From Eledone cirrhosa (taxonomy: Eukaryota), in NCBI GenBank assembly GCA_964016885.1, contig OZ024748.1, positions 18,538,001 to 18,602,000 on the forward strand: a DNA stretch of 64,000 nt, read 5' to 3'. The first letter of the stretch is position 1. Each line of letters begins with the position of its first letter. Both the position numbers and the translations under genes were made by a program. Below the pieces are notes generated by a model that saw only the letters and a program-made list of their open reading frames with translations, was not told the origin of the DNA and searched no databases. Positions 1 through 13,600 of this stretch are shown here, one piece after another.

Positions 1-477
1 GTATATGTGTGTATATATACACACACATACATACACAGTCACACACACACAAAAGACAGTATTTCTTTCCTACCTCATCATTGAATATTTTCATTAACGG
101 TTTTACTTATTAATATTATTATTACTGCCTTTGCTTTACTTTACATGTAATCTCTGCTGCTGCTATAGAATTTATAATGGAAGTAAAAACGGTAAACCAC
201 GGAACCGATAATGATGTAGCAGTAATAACAGTAGTACTAGTTGCAGTAGTGGTAGTAGTGTTGGTGGTGGAGATGGTAATAGTAGTAGTAGTGTTGGTGG
301 CGGAGGTGGTAGTAGTAGTGGTGATGAAGGTGGTAGTAGTAGTAGTGGTGGTGGTGGAGATAATAGTAGTAGTGGTGATGAAAATAGTACTACTGGTGGT
401 AGCAACAATAGCAGTAGTAGCAGTAGCAGTACTAGTACCATAGCAGAAATTGGTTATCTCCCTTGTTTTTCTTACAG

Positions 478-587
478 ATATTGGGACTAGTCCAAGACAG
501 ACATACTCTCGCTCTTTCTCTCTCTCTAGCTATACTCCTCTCCCTATCTATCTCACCAATATAACTGATACGGCCAATGCAATGTAA
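478..587 (+). other. Candidate exon after a strong splice acceptor (possible phase-1 frame DIGTSPRQTYSRSFSLSSYTPLPIYLTNITDTANAM*)
   Basis: Polypyrimidine tract ctcccttgttttttcttacag ends at 477; one frame is open to TAA; no recognisable homology. Confidence 0.15.
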
Positions 588-1164
588 AAAGAATGGTAAT
601 CATTTCTCCAACATGTATGTGGTGCCGTCAGCAATTATCGGTCGGCTTTTGATGGCACAGATGTCTGGCACCAGCGGATAACTTGCCATCAATCAAGAGT
701 GACAACATCAGCAACAACAACAACAACCATAAACGCCACCACCACCATCATCGTTTTTATGTCCACCTTTTCCAAGCTGGCATGGGTTGGACAGATATTT
801 CTGAGGCTGTATTCCAGATAGGACTGGATGCCCCTCCTCATGACAACCCTTTCATTACCATATTCCCTCAAATAAAAGACACTGCTTGTGATTTTCAAAT
901 AATTTTCTAAATCAAGTTTTTAGAGGAATTTAGTTACATAACTAACTTTCTTCTTATCTGGTGCTTGAAACAAAAAGATACATAGAATTATGATGGAAGG
1001 GTTTTATGTTAAATTAAAACATTTTAACCCTTTTATTATCATATTTCTAACAAAAAGCACTGCCGGTTTCCAAATAATCTTGAAAATAATCAAGAATTTA
1101 GAAATTTAGGGATTTAGTAATATGACTAACATTCTCATTATTAAGACGGTGCTTGGAACATAAC

Positions 1165-1378
1165 TTAACCCATTAGCATTTAAACCAGCCATATCCGGCC
1201 AAAATTCTCTCATCTTTCTGTTCAAACCAGCCATAACCGACCACTCATACATACGTTAAGGTATTGTTCTCAAAATAAATAATATCAAAATCTCATAGAT
1301 TCGATATTATGTGGGATAAAGACTTTACCACGAAAATACACTAGTATATATAGAGTAATGTAAATGCTAAAGGATTGA
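1165..1378 (+). mobile_element. piggyBac-like TTAA MITE, family 1 (degenerate copy)
   Basis: TTAA-CCCATTAGCATTT...AAATGCTAAAGGA-TTGA; interior matches the copies at 3888, 5029, 25069, 30790 and 37766. Confidence 0.75.
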
Positions 1379-1502
1379 TGAAGATTCTTGCATAAAATTA
1401 TGATAGTTTTTTTAATTTTAAATAAATACTTTTGTACTGTATAGTATATCTCATAGGTTTCTCAGGTGTTTTAATGATCAGGGGCCACCTGTCATATCCT
1501 AA

Positions 1503-1632
1503 GGTAAATAATTGTTTCTACTATTGGCACAAGACCAGCAATTACTGGTACTTTATTTTATCGACCCCGTAAGGATGAAAGGCAAAGTTAACCTCGGCGG
1601 GATTTGAACTCAGAATGGCAAGGGTAAATAAT
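1503..1632 (-). mobile_element. 5'-truncated tRNA-derived SINE (family A) with TSD
   Basis: B box (reverse complement of GAGTTCAAATCC) and conserved body; flanking direct repeat ggtaaataat. Confidence 0.8.
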
Positions 1633-1859
1633 GAAGGGCAATGAATGTGAAGTTAAATTACATGGTCACAAGTTCAAATCTTACCACAGCAAACTGAACA
1701 CTGCTCCTCCCCACTACACCTCTCAGCAAAGTTGATAACCTTGCTCACTCCAATCTATATATAACTGATAAAAGACAGTGAGGGTGGGGGGGGGGGGGGG
1801 AGAAGAAGTAAGATGGTGCCGGTAGTGGGTTTGCTTTGGTGAAAACTATACAATATAGT

Positions 1860-2070
1860 TTGTGAGGTGGTGGTGTGTTGTGGGGAGAAGTGGGAGGAAT
1901 ATGTTTGTGAGGTGGTTTTGGTGAAGAGAGAGGGATATGGTTGTGAGGTGGTAGTGAAGAGGGAGGGTTATGGTTGTGAGGTGGTGGTGGTGAAGAGGGA
2001 GGGTTATGGTTGTGAGGTGGTGGTGGTGAAGAGGGAGGGTTATGGTTGTGAGGTGGTGGTGTGTTGTAGG
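1860..2070. repeat. 33/36-bp minisatellite (ggttgtgaggtggtggtggtgaagagggagggttat)
   Basis: About 5 tandem units visible. Confidence 0.8.
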
Positions 2071-2424
2071 GAGAAGAGGAACATGACATTTTGGGATTGG
2101 CATTTTTGTCTGAAAGAAAAACTAATTTCCACAGAATTTCAGCTAAAATCATCTCAACTCCCCACTTTCCCAACAACAGACAAATTTATCAAAATTCAAG
2201 GAACATGACTGATAAGAGAGAGATTCCACTTTTAGTTCATCGTTAAACCTTTCGTGACAGTATTCTTAATGAAATACACTCTCTACTTCAATTAATTGAT
2301 AAAAAATGTTGAAGGATTTACTAAAAACTTTATTTCAATACTAAGACACTAATTTCACATATGGTACTTATATAAAATCATGTTGGAAGATTTAAATTCA
2401 AATCATTCTTGTACGAACTCTAGA

Positions 2425-3060
2425 GTAATAACATACCTGTCAGGTGTCAATCTATGATTTCTAATGTAATAAACCACCTGTCAAGTATCATTACACTATG
2501 ATCTCTATGATGTCTAAAGTAATAATCCACCTGTCAGGTATCATTCCTAAATTGCTGCTCTATTTATAACCTATTGACATTATTTCTCTTTGATCTCTAA
2601 TGTAATAACCCACCTGTCAGGTATCATTACTCTATGTCTAATGTAATAACCCACCTGTCAGGTATCATTGCTCTATGTCTAATGTAATAACCCACCCGTC
2701 AGGTATCATTACTCTATGTCTAATGTAATAACCCACCTGTCAGGTATCATTGCTCTATGTCTAATGTAATAACCCACCTGTCAGGTATCATTACTCTATG
2801 TCTAATGTAATAACCCACCTGTCAGGTATCATTACTCTATGTCTAATGTAATAACCCACCTGTCAGGTATCATTACTTTATGTCTAATGTAATAACCCAC
2901 TGTCAGGTATCATTACTCTATGTCTAATGTAATAACCCACCTGTCAGGTATCATTACTCTATGTCTAATGTAATAACCCACCTGTCAGGTATCATTAACC
3001 TATAATCTCTAAATTGACCCACCTGCCAGGCATCATTCCTAAATTGCTGCCCTATTTATA
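2425..3060. repeat. 41-bp minisatellite (atgtaataacccacctgtcaggtatcattactctatgtcta)
   Basis: About 10 near-perfect units at 2596-2998 with degenerate flanking units. Confidence 0.95.
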
Positions 3061-3887
3061 ACCTATAATATCCTTAACTATGAACTTAAATTATCAGAAG
3101 GTAAATGGAAATATAACTTATGCTATTTTTATTGTAACGCTGTGTACAATCTGGATATTTACTGCCAGCTAATTAATATTGAAAGGTGAATGAACAAACG
3201 ATTTTCATTTATGAAACATAGTATAGGAAATTAGCAATTGTAAGAAAATAAAACTGTAACGAGAAGATTGTAATACAGGATATTAAAACCAAATAAATAC
3301 AAAAGGAGACATTAAAAGTATGGTACTGGGTTTTATTGAATGATGAATGTTCCAACAGGTGAGACGAATGGTTTAATTAAGAACTGACCAATGTTGTTGT
3401 TACGGATCACACCTGTGTATATTTAGCTAATCTCAGGTCCCAAATAATAGGTGGGGCTGGAATAAGCAGGGGTGGGGGTGGATAATCAGTAATTTTTCTA
3501 GGTTATCTCTGTTGATTTCAAAATTAGTCGTTTACTTTAGATATTGAGACCCCAACCCATCTTATTTATTTTATAACGTATGGGATTTCTACTAATGTAA
3601 TTTATTTGCTATGTATAATGTTTTTTTAATGTCTAAAGAAAATTGTCGCAGGAATGCTACCACTTAAAATAAAATTTCACCGGAGATAGATTAGCAAAAT
3701 TTAATAAGCGGAGTAGGTGAGGAGAATTCGAAAAACTAATAAGCGAGGGTTTATTTAGTAATGGAAGTTCCAACAGGTGAGACAAATGGATTAATTAAGA
3801 GCTAACTGATGTTGTTGTTGTTGCTTATACCTGATAGGTTTAACTGGTCTCCTATAAGCTGCAACCCCAGGAAGTTTTATGGGTGCT

Positions 3888-4112
3888 TTAACCCTTTAGC
3901 ATTTAAACCTGCCCTACCTGGCCAGAATTCTTTCACCTCTTTCTGTTCAAACCGGCTGTAACCGGACGCTCATACTGATGTGAAGGTATTGTTCTTAAAA
4001 TAAATAATATCAAAATCTCATAGATTCGATATGTGAGATAATTATGTGAAGTAAAGCCTATACTGAGAAAATAAATAGGATATATAAAGTAATATAAATG
4101 CTAAAAGGTTAA
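3888..4112 (+). mobile_element. piggyBac-like TTAA MITE, family 1
   Basis: TTAA-CCCTTTAGCATTTA...TAAATGCTAAAAGG-TTAA terminal inverted repeats (TIRs) with TTAA on both sides. Confidence 0.85.
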
Positions 4113-5028
4113 AGATACGAGCTCCAGTCATATTGTAGATAAGTGTAGACGGGCTTCCAAACAATTTGTCCTATTTCACAAACAAGGCATGGGTCAACCT
4201 AACGCTATAGTAAATGATAATTGTCCAAGATCTCACACAGTGGGATTGTACTTGTGTCCCCATCACAGTGGGATTGTACTTGTGTCCCTATCATTACAAT
4301 GCAAATGTCATAAACATTCAGCCATGTTGTGTAAAATATAGCTAGCATATCATTTCAAAACTATCTTAGCCAGTAAACAACTAGAAAGTCTAACTTAGAC
4401 ATTAGATAACTTACAATCGACTAATAATACACATTCAATCAATTCCTACTTAGTATGTGTTCTATTTTTCTCAATAAATTGATATTATTTCTGTCTTGCC
4501 TATTCCATTCAGTTTAACACTTCTAAATATGGCTGACGATATTCTACATCAAGTCAAACAACTTATCATGAAGTTGCTATTGTTGGCTTGTTTCAATGGT
4601 TATTAGGATGGATGGATGGATATAGTAATGTTACTACTGTTGCTGTTGTTGTTAGCTGGTGTGAATGGTCATTGTGATGGAAGTATTAATGTTATTTTTA
4701 CTGTTATTATTGTTGTTGTTGTGTAGCTTGTGTGTGACTGATGGACACAACAATGTTACTGTTGTTGTTGTCATTGTTGTAATGGTGGTGGTGTAGTCGC
4801 TGTTGGCTTGTCTCAATAGTTATTATAATAGACATTAGCAAAGTTACCCATGCCAGCGTGGAAAATAGCTGTTAAATGATGATGACGATGACGACAACTG
4901 TTGTTGTTGATGTTGTAGCCCCAGTTAGCTGGTGTCAAAACAAAAATATTATTTTACCTAACTGACATCTTGTCATATATCTACATTTAAAGTATAGAGT
5001 AAAATGTTATCATCATCGTCATCATCAT

Positions 5029-5254
5029 TTAACCCTTTAGCATTTACATTACTCTATATTTACTATTGTATTTTCACGGTAAATGCTTTATCTCACATAA
5101 TTATCTCGTAAAATATCATATCTATGAGATTTTGATATTATTTATTTTGAGAACAATACCTCAACATAACTATGGGGTGGTTACAACCAGTTTGAACAGA
5201 AAGAGGTGAGAGAATTCTTGCCAGATACAGCCGGTTTAGATGCTAAAGGGTTAA
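5029..5254 (-). mobile_element. piggyBac-like TTAA MITE, family 1, inverted, inserted into an RTE-type tail
   Basis: TTAA-CCCTTTAGCAT...ATGCTAAAGGG-TTAA; the flanks rejoin as catcatcatTTAAtgtctattttccacacttgcatgggt. Confidence 0.88.
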
Positions 5255-6239
5255 TGTCTATTTTCCACACTTGCATGGGTTTGTATGTAAGTAAACATAA
5301 ATATCAGAAAGTTATACTATTGCTAGCTCAATGATACATGCTTGGATGATATAGGGAAATGTTCTCTGGTGAGCAGAACCCCAGATATATGTCACCTCAT
5401 GGTCACCAGTGGACAGGATAAAGAAAGTGTTACCCTGGAGGATAGTGAGGGAGATGTCTTGAAATGGCCATTCCAACTCACAGGGACAACTCCATTGATG
5501 TTGTAGTGTAGTTTATGTTAATGATTATTATGATGGTGATAGCAATGTTGTTGTTGTAGAGGTTGTGCCATTGATACAGCTGAAGGGAACTTCTCAACCC
5601 TTTTTGGCAATCTACATGATAAACGCATCCAGTACAAGCTGCAGAGTGGTTGGTGATAGAAAGGGCATCCAGCTGTAGAAAGCTTGCCAAACAAAGGGTT
5701 GCGAGGACTCAGTTTGTCAAAGACATGACAACCTCCTAGTATTGGTGGTCTACATAAAATGCACCCAGTACAAACTGTAGAATGGTTGGTGATAGGAAGG
5801 GCATTCATTACTGTTGATGTTGTTTTGTAGCTTGTGTCAGTTATGAGGAACATAATTGTTTCTACTTTTGGTACAAGGCCAGCAATTACCCAGTGTATTA
5901 CTGGTACTTTATTTTATCGACCCCGTAAGGATGAAAGACAAAGTTAATAATGTTTATTGTAGCTCCAGATAGTTATGCTTGATTACACTTATCTCAGAGA
6001 GGCAGTCAATCAATTATTTACAAACAAACCTTAAGTTATTGCAGCAGCAGAAGACATAACCAACCACACACTTTAACCTGTTCTGGGTCTGTTCACTAAC
6101 ACACACTTCTTGTTATATGACATGCACAATGGTTAAAGAGACACTAACACACACTGCTTGTTTAGGTGGAAAACAGAACCAGTCAGGCAATGATGTTAAC
6201 ATCTATTGTAATGGGCAGTCTTGTCTTAACAATGAAGTA

Positions 6240-6600
6240 CATAGCTCATATATATATGCAGGTTTAGATGGATCCCTGCAAGGTTATATCTTATAGAGGG
6301 TTTCTCTAGTGTTTTTATGATAGGGACCACAGTTCTATCATGTTGTTGTTACAGCTCACACATATGCAGGTTTAGCTGGATTCTGGAGCAGTTACATCTT
6401 ATAGGGGTTTTACAGGTGTTTTTATGATAGAGGCCACAGTTCTATCATGTTATTGCTACAGCTCACACATGTGCAGGTATAGCTGGCATCCTATGAGGTT
6501 ACATCTCTAGGTGTTTTAATGAAAGGGGCTCCAGTCCAATCTTGAAAAGCAACATGGAATGAAGCAGTTTGCTCAAGAACACAATGTACCTAACAAGTTG
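6240..6600 (-). mobile_element. Tandem copies of a ~110-bp dispersed module, the 3' part of a CORE-like SINE subfamily
   Basis: Three copies of gcaggtttagctgg...gtgtttttatgatag..gccacagttctatcatg followed by a gctcaagaacacaa CORE-like segment; module also at 16700-17000, 17200-17305, 20375-20560, 25845-25905, 30620-30710 and 31690-31990. Confidence 0.6.
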
Positions 6601-7702
6601 GGCTTATAAGCCCCTAGAGATGGGAAAAAAGTAGAGGGTTGCCAGCATATTGCAGGTGCGAGTTTGTGTCCCACAGGTAATGCTGTCCACGTCCACTTTC
6701 TCTCTCTCTCTCTAAGGATTTAAATGCTCAACTTGTTTGATTATTTTTCATAGCCAAAATCTTGTGTTGAAACTGTTAACTTTAAGCTAATATACCCCAG
6801 CATGGCCTCAGCCAGATGGCTGGAACAGGTAAAAGAGTATATACATTTAAAATTCATAATTTGTTTAACACTTCAAAAATACGATTGCTGTTGCTATTGT
6901 TGTTGTTTGGTTACTGCAAATCTCTGGTTGAACCTTGAGACAAAATTTAAAGAGAAAAGTTTGTAAACTAAAAGGACCAATCAGTGGATAAAAACACACA
7001 CACAAAAGACACCTCTCTTCATAAAACAGCCACAATAGCCAAGACACACCTCCATAGAAAGCTAGAGCTATTAAGTCTGTTATTGGTAGTGGTGGAGAAT
7101 GTGCAAGAATGGTGGTGGTGGAGTGGTGGAGGACAATGTAAGAAGCTGGAGCTATTAAGTTCATGAATGGTGATGGTGGTGGTGGACAATGTAAGAATGG
7201 CGGTGGAGATGGTGGTGAAGAATGCGTAAGAATGGTGGTGGAGAATGTGTAAGAAACTCTAGGTTCATTGAGAAGTAGAAAAGAGAAGAGAGAAAAAAAG
7301 AGACAAGGTTAAGATAGTGTAAAGAGTTGAAATAAGAGCAGGTAAGAGAATGACTGAGGTAAGTGTGGAATGATGGTAGGTCAGTTAGTATAGCAGGGGT
7401 GGGAGAGATGGGTGGTGGGGAGAGAGAGAGAGAATATATCAAAGTGTTGTGAGTGGGTGGACTGCATTTATGTGTCCATGTGTGTGTGTATATGTGTGTT
7501 TCCATGTGTGTAGTTTAATTAAACAGGACAGCTATGAATGGTAATGGTTGTGGTAGGAGGAGTTGTGTACTAATAGGAGGTTGTTAGAAGTACTTTTGAG
7601 TGGGGAGATTGAATAAGTTGACTAGGTGGAGGTGGGTGGGGTATCTTACTGAATGAACCCTTACCACAACCACATACACATATATATACTTATCACAACC
7701 AT

Positions 7703-7746
<44 letters not shown>

Positions 7747-7987
7747 AGCCACCACCAAGGTCTGGGTATTTAGCATCCTAGGAAAGCTCTACAATGTACA
7801 CTCCTTTCCACGTGCCCCAGTATCATATCCCACACAACCTTCTCCACCACTATAGATATTTCCACAATGTTGCTACACGTCAAAGATGATTAGTGATTTA
7901 TTTATTGATCTCAATAAAGTATTATATATTTTATTGAATTATATAAATTCATAAAAAACTGTAATCCTTTAAGAGTCAGTAATGTGG

Positions 7988-8262
7988 GGGGTGCGTGGTC
8001 TAGTGGTAAGGGTGTTGGACTTACGATCATAATGTCATAGGTTCAGTTCCTGGATTGGGTTGTGTACTGCGTTCTTGAGCAAAACACTTCATTTCATGTT
8101 GCTCCAGTATACTCAACTAAAAATGAGTACCAGCAGCAATAGCTGAGGATTTAACTCTATGATGAACTGGTGTCCTGTCTTGTACTATCGGTCACTTCAC
8201 TATGAAACCGCAGTAAGAGCTGGTGTAACGGGCCTTTTGGCTTGAGACAGACTTTAGACTTT
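7988..8262 (+). mobile_element. tRNA-derived CORE-like SINE (family B)
   Basis: Head gcgtggtctagtggtaagg (A box), ggttcagttcc (B box), ttcttgagcaaaacacttcatttcatgttgctccag core-like segment, (actttag)n tail. Confidence 0.7.
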
Positions 8263-9124
8263 AGAGAATATACTCCTCTCTCTCTGAGGTCTGCTCAGTT
8301 TTTCTGATTAAGTAACGACCAGCTATACACATGACAGTTGGGAAAATCATTGTTCGATGATGATGATGATGTATGCTTGGTCAATCTTTAATGCTGACCT
8401 GTTAATCTAAACTCAGCAAATAAGAATATATATGGTCAACTTATACAGTTCCTGATGATACATAGAAATAGCTTATGGTCAGTTCAGAGTGTTACCTATA
8501 CATAGCTATGGTCAGTTTATAGTGTCATCTGTAAATAGCTATGGTCAGTTTCTATAAAATCTATAGCTATTGTCCTTTTGATGATAGGCTTCAGTTAGTA
8601 AAAAAACAAAGCGAATGTAGTTAGGTATTGAAACAAGAGAAAATGATCGACTGAGCCATTGTTGAAGGTTACACTTCATATATGTAATCATCATTGTTTC
8701 ACATTTCCAGGCTAACATCGGTGAGGTAGGTTGTCCAGTTGTGAGACAAGCCAGATCATATGACCAGGTCTTGTTCATACAGAACTGTTTCTGGCTTCGT
8801 TTCTATGGCTGGATGACCTTCCCAATGCCAACCACATTTACAGTGTGGACTGGGTTTCTTTTATTGAGAGACCTACACAACCACTTTACAGTGTAGACTG
8901 AGAGCTCTCAGTCACTCCAGCAGCATTGTGGGAGAGTGTGTTCAGCTTTCCATACTTGTATACATGGGTTGGTCAAGAGTGGTGCATCAGATGTGGAAAG
9001 TGGAGGTGGGGGTTGGATCTAGAGTGGGGTATTTAGCTGGTGAAGGGTGGAGTGATTAAGACATATGAGGAGTATGGAAGGAGGAGGGGGAGGTGATTCA
9101 TACCAGACACCACTAGATATTGCT

Positions 9125-9600
9125 TCAACCTGTGGACATGGGAAGGCAGGTCTTCTGCAGTACTGTATAACGCCAGAGATCACAATCCTGTGTCATTGCC
9201 TGTGAGAGGTGCAATTGTGTATGTCAGTTTTTATCACCTCATCCTAATCTTTCCTAATCTTTCCCAGGCCTTGCTCTTTCATAGCTACCATCAACTTTGT
9301 TGAATGCCTTGCAAATTTGTATACAGATGTCATCCATCATGTGCATTACATGTCCATACCACTGCAATCTCCTCTCCTGTTCACTGTATCTGATCCCTCT
9401 TATTCCCTGTTTCTCCCTCAGTTTATTTACACTTTGCTATTCATGTATATTACTATTACACATCCATTAGAGCATGTAAGATTCATTTCTTTCCAATCTT
9501 TGTAGACCCACTGCACACAATCAATGCTTATTTTACCAAAGATTTGGCAGTTGTACACTAGTAACCTTGACAAAACTTACATTTTAAACCCTTCTATTAA
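9125..9600 (-). mobile_element. Decayed RTE-clade LINE 3' fragment
   Basis: Minus-strand translation gives QERRLQWYGHVMHM and AMTQDCDLWRY with stops and frameshifts, typical of the RTE ORF C-terminus. Confidence 0.75.
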
Positions 9601-9769
9601 GACAATGCATATGTCTTTAACTCTTTCATTACCATAATTTGAATGAAAGACACTGCTCATGATTTTTCAAATCATTCTGAAAATAATTCAGAAGCTGGAT
9701 GGATTTAATAATATAACTAACTTTCTCTTTATTCCTTATCAGTTGTCTGAATGACAGCACTACCATCTT

Positions 9770-10020
9770 GTGAAATTAATGTTTAAGTGGCTGAAAATTT
9801 CACAGATACGTATATCCTTAACATAGTTCTCAGGGAGATTCAGTATTATACAAAGTGTGACAAAGTTAACCCCTGTGAATTACAGGTACAACTCAATTTT
9901 GCCAGCTGAGTGGAGACTAAAGCAATGTGAAACAAAGTGTCTTGCTCAAGGACACAACATGCCACTGTCCAGCCTGGGGATTGAACTCATGATCAGAGGA
10001 GCATCCTAACCAGTATACCA
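9770..10020 (-). mobile_element. CORE-like SINE (family B)
   Basis: Reverse-complement match to the element at 40423-40695 (ttgctcaaggacacaac, ggattgaactc, cctaacca). Confidence 0.7.
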
Positions 10021-10510
10021 CACAGACATTATTCACATTATTCTTGGGATACAGATAAGAAATAGAATTATCAGCGAAACACTTCCATTGTTTCAAGCAT
10101 AGACTGAACAACAACAACAACAACAACAACAAATATACTCAGCATTTATAGAATGTTATTTCACATCATACATAGACACGGACAGGCAGACAGACAGACA
10201 TGGAAATACAGAGGTGCAGACACACACAGACAGAGACAAAAAGACACAGAAGTGCAGACACACACTTACAGAGGTACACACACAAAGATAGACAAAGCAA
10301 AAATCATAAGCCCACTACTCAGTTCAGAATGACTGGGGGGGGGGGGGGGGGGGGGCAGAGAGAGAGAGAGAGAGAGAGATTCAAAGACTAGGTGCACTGT
10401 GACAAGCCTGTTGCTGCTGTTACTACTACTACTACTTCTACTACTAACATTAGTACTATTGTTGCTGCTACTACTAAACTGATGCTATTTATGTACGTGG
10501 AGGAGTTGGT

Positions 10511-10569
<59 letters not shown>

Positions 10570-10699
10570 CGATAGGTAGATAGATAGATGGAGAGACAGA
10601 CAAAGTACAGTGAAGTCGATGTGTTTCTGTTGGTTGGTAAAAAGAAGACAAAAAAAAAGTAGTTATTGATTGATTGAAAGTGTTGCAGTCAGAGTGAGT

Positions 10700-13600
10700 A
10701 TGGGACTGAAGTGGGACTGGTGGAAGACACACAACACCACAGACAGTGTTGTAGTGTGTATGGGACTGGTGGAAGACACACAACACCAGAGACAGTGTTG
10801 TAGTGTGTATAGGACTGGTGGAAGACACACAACACCACAGACAGTGTTGTAGTGTGTATAGGACTGGTGGAAGACACACAACACCACAGACAGTGTTGTA
10901 GTGTGTATGGGACTGGTGGAAGACACACAACACCACAGACAGTGTTGTAGTGTGTATGGGACTGGTGGAAGACACACAACACCAGAGACAGTGTTGTAGT
11001 GTGTATAGGACTGGTGGAAGACACACAACACCACAGACAGTGTTGTAGTGTGTATGGGACTGGTGGAAGACACACAACACCACAGACAGTGTTGTAGTGT
11101 GTATAGGACTGGTGGAAGACACACAACACCAGAGACAGTGTTGTAGTGTATATAGGACTGGTGGGAGACACACAACACCACAGACAGTGTTGTAGTGTGT
11201 ATGGGACTGGTGGAAGACACACAACACCACAGACAGTGTTGTAGTGTGTATGGGACTGGTGGAAGACACACAACACCACAGACAGTGTTGTAGTGTGTAT
11301 GGGACTGGTGGAAGACACACAACACCACAGACAGTGTTGTAGTGTGTATAGGACTGGTGGAAGACACACAACACCAGAGACAGTGTTGTAGTGTGTATAG
11401 GACTGGTGGAAGACACACAACACCACAGACAGTGTTGTAGTGTGTATAGGACTGGTGGAAGACACACAACACCACAGACAGTGTTGTAGTGTGTATAGGA
11501 CTGGTGGAAGACACACAACACCACAGACAGTGTTGTAGTGTGTATAGGACTGGTGGGATACACACAACACCACAGACAGTGTTGTAGTGCGTATAGGACT
11601 GGTGGAAGACACACAACGCCAGAGACAGTGTTGTAGTGTGTATAGGACTGGTGGAAGACACACAACACCAGAGACAGTGTTGTAGTGTGTATAGGACTGG
11701 TGGGATACACACAACACCACAGACAGTGTTGTAGTGTGTATAGGACTGGTGGAAGACACACAACACCACAGACAGTGTTGTAGTGTGTATGGGACTGGTG
11801 GAAGACACACAACACCACAGACAGTGTTGTAGTGTGTATAGGACTGGTGGAAGACACACAACACCACAGACAGTGTTGTAGTGTGTATAGGACTGGTGGA
11901 AGACACACAACACCACAGACAGTGTTGTAGTGTGTATGGGACTGGTGGAAGACACAACACCATAGACAGTGTTGTAGTGTGTATAGGACTGGTGGAAGAC
12001 ACACAACACCAGAGACAGTGTTGTAGTGTGTATAGGACTGGTGGGAGACACACAACACCACAGACAGTGTTGTAGTGTGTATAGGACTGGTGGGATACAC
12101 ACAACACCACAGACAGTGTTGTAGTGTGTATAGGACTGGTGGAAGACACACAACACCACAGACAGTGTTGTAGTGTGTATGGGACTGGTGGAAGACACAC
12201 AACACCACAGACAGTGTTGTAGTGTGTATAGGACTGGTGGAAGACACACAACACCACAGACAGTGTTGTAGTGTGTATAGGACTGGTGGAAGACACACAA
12301 CACCACAGACAGTGTTGTAGTGTGTATAGGACTGGTGGAAGACACACAACACCACAGACAGTGTTGTAGTGTGTATGGGACTGGTGGAAGACACAACACC
12401 ATAGACAGTGTTGTAGTGTGTATAGGACTGGTGGGAGACACACAACACCACAGACAGTGTTGTAGTGTGTATGGGACTGGTGGAAGACACACAACACCAC
12501 AGACGGTGTTGTAGTGTGTATAGGACTGGTGGAAGACACACAACACCACAGACAGTGTTGTAGTGTGTATAGGACTGGTGGAGGACACACAACACCACAA
12601 ACAGTGTTGTAGTGTATATAGGACTGGTGGGAGACACACAACACCACAGACAGTGTTGTAGTGTGTATAGGACTGGTGGAAGACACACAACACCACAGAC
12701 AGTGTTGTAGTGTGTATGGGACTGGTGGAAGACACACAACACCACAGACAGTGTTGTAGTCTGTATGGGACTGGTGGGAGACACACAACACCACAGACAG
12801 TGTTGTAGTGTGTATAGGACTGGTGGAAGACACACAACACCACAGACAGTGTTGTAGTGTGTATAGGACTGGTGGAAGACACACAACACCACAGACAGTG
12901 TTGTAGTGTATATAGGACTGGTGGGAGACACACAACACCACAGACAGTGTTGTAGTGTGTATGGGACTGGTGGGAGACACACAACACCACAGGCAGTGTT
13001 GTAGTGTGTATGGGACTGGTGGGAGACACACAACACCACAGGCAGTGTTGTAGTGTGTATAGGACTGGTGGAAGACACACAACACCACAGACAGTGTTGT
13101 AGTGTGTATGGGACTGGTGGAAGACACACAACACCACAGACAGTGTTGTAGTGTGTATAGGACTGGTGGAAGACACACAACACCACAGACAGTGTTGTAG
13201 TGTGTATAGGACTGGTGGAAGACACACAACACCAGAGACAGTGTTGTAGTGTGTATAGGACTGGTGGAAGACACACAACACCACAGACAGTGTTGTAGTG
13301 TGTATGGGACTGGTGGAAGACACAACACCACAGACAGTGTTGTAGTGTGTATAGGACTGGTGGAAGACACACAACACCAGAGACAGTGTTGTAGTGTGTA
13401 TAGGACTGGTGGAAGACACACAACACCACAGACAGTGTTGTAGTGTGTATGGGACTGGTGGAAGACACACAACACCACATACAGTGTTGTAGTGTGTATG
13501 GGACTGGTGGAAGACACACAACACCACAGACAGTGTTGTAGTGTGTATAGGACTGGTGGGATACACACAACACCACAGACAGTGTTGTAGTGTATATAGG

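Noticed and set aside
172-443. Poly-Val / poly-Leu-Pro ORFs
   Set aside because: Degenerate (GTA/GTG)n trinucleotide repeat
10040-10103. Minus-strand exon after (gtt)n-cag (SMLETMEVFR* or LCLKQWKCF...)
   Set aside because: The acceptor is only a microsatellite, there is no convincing donor or homology, and it cannot be supported
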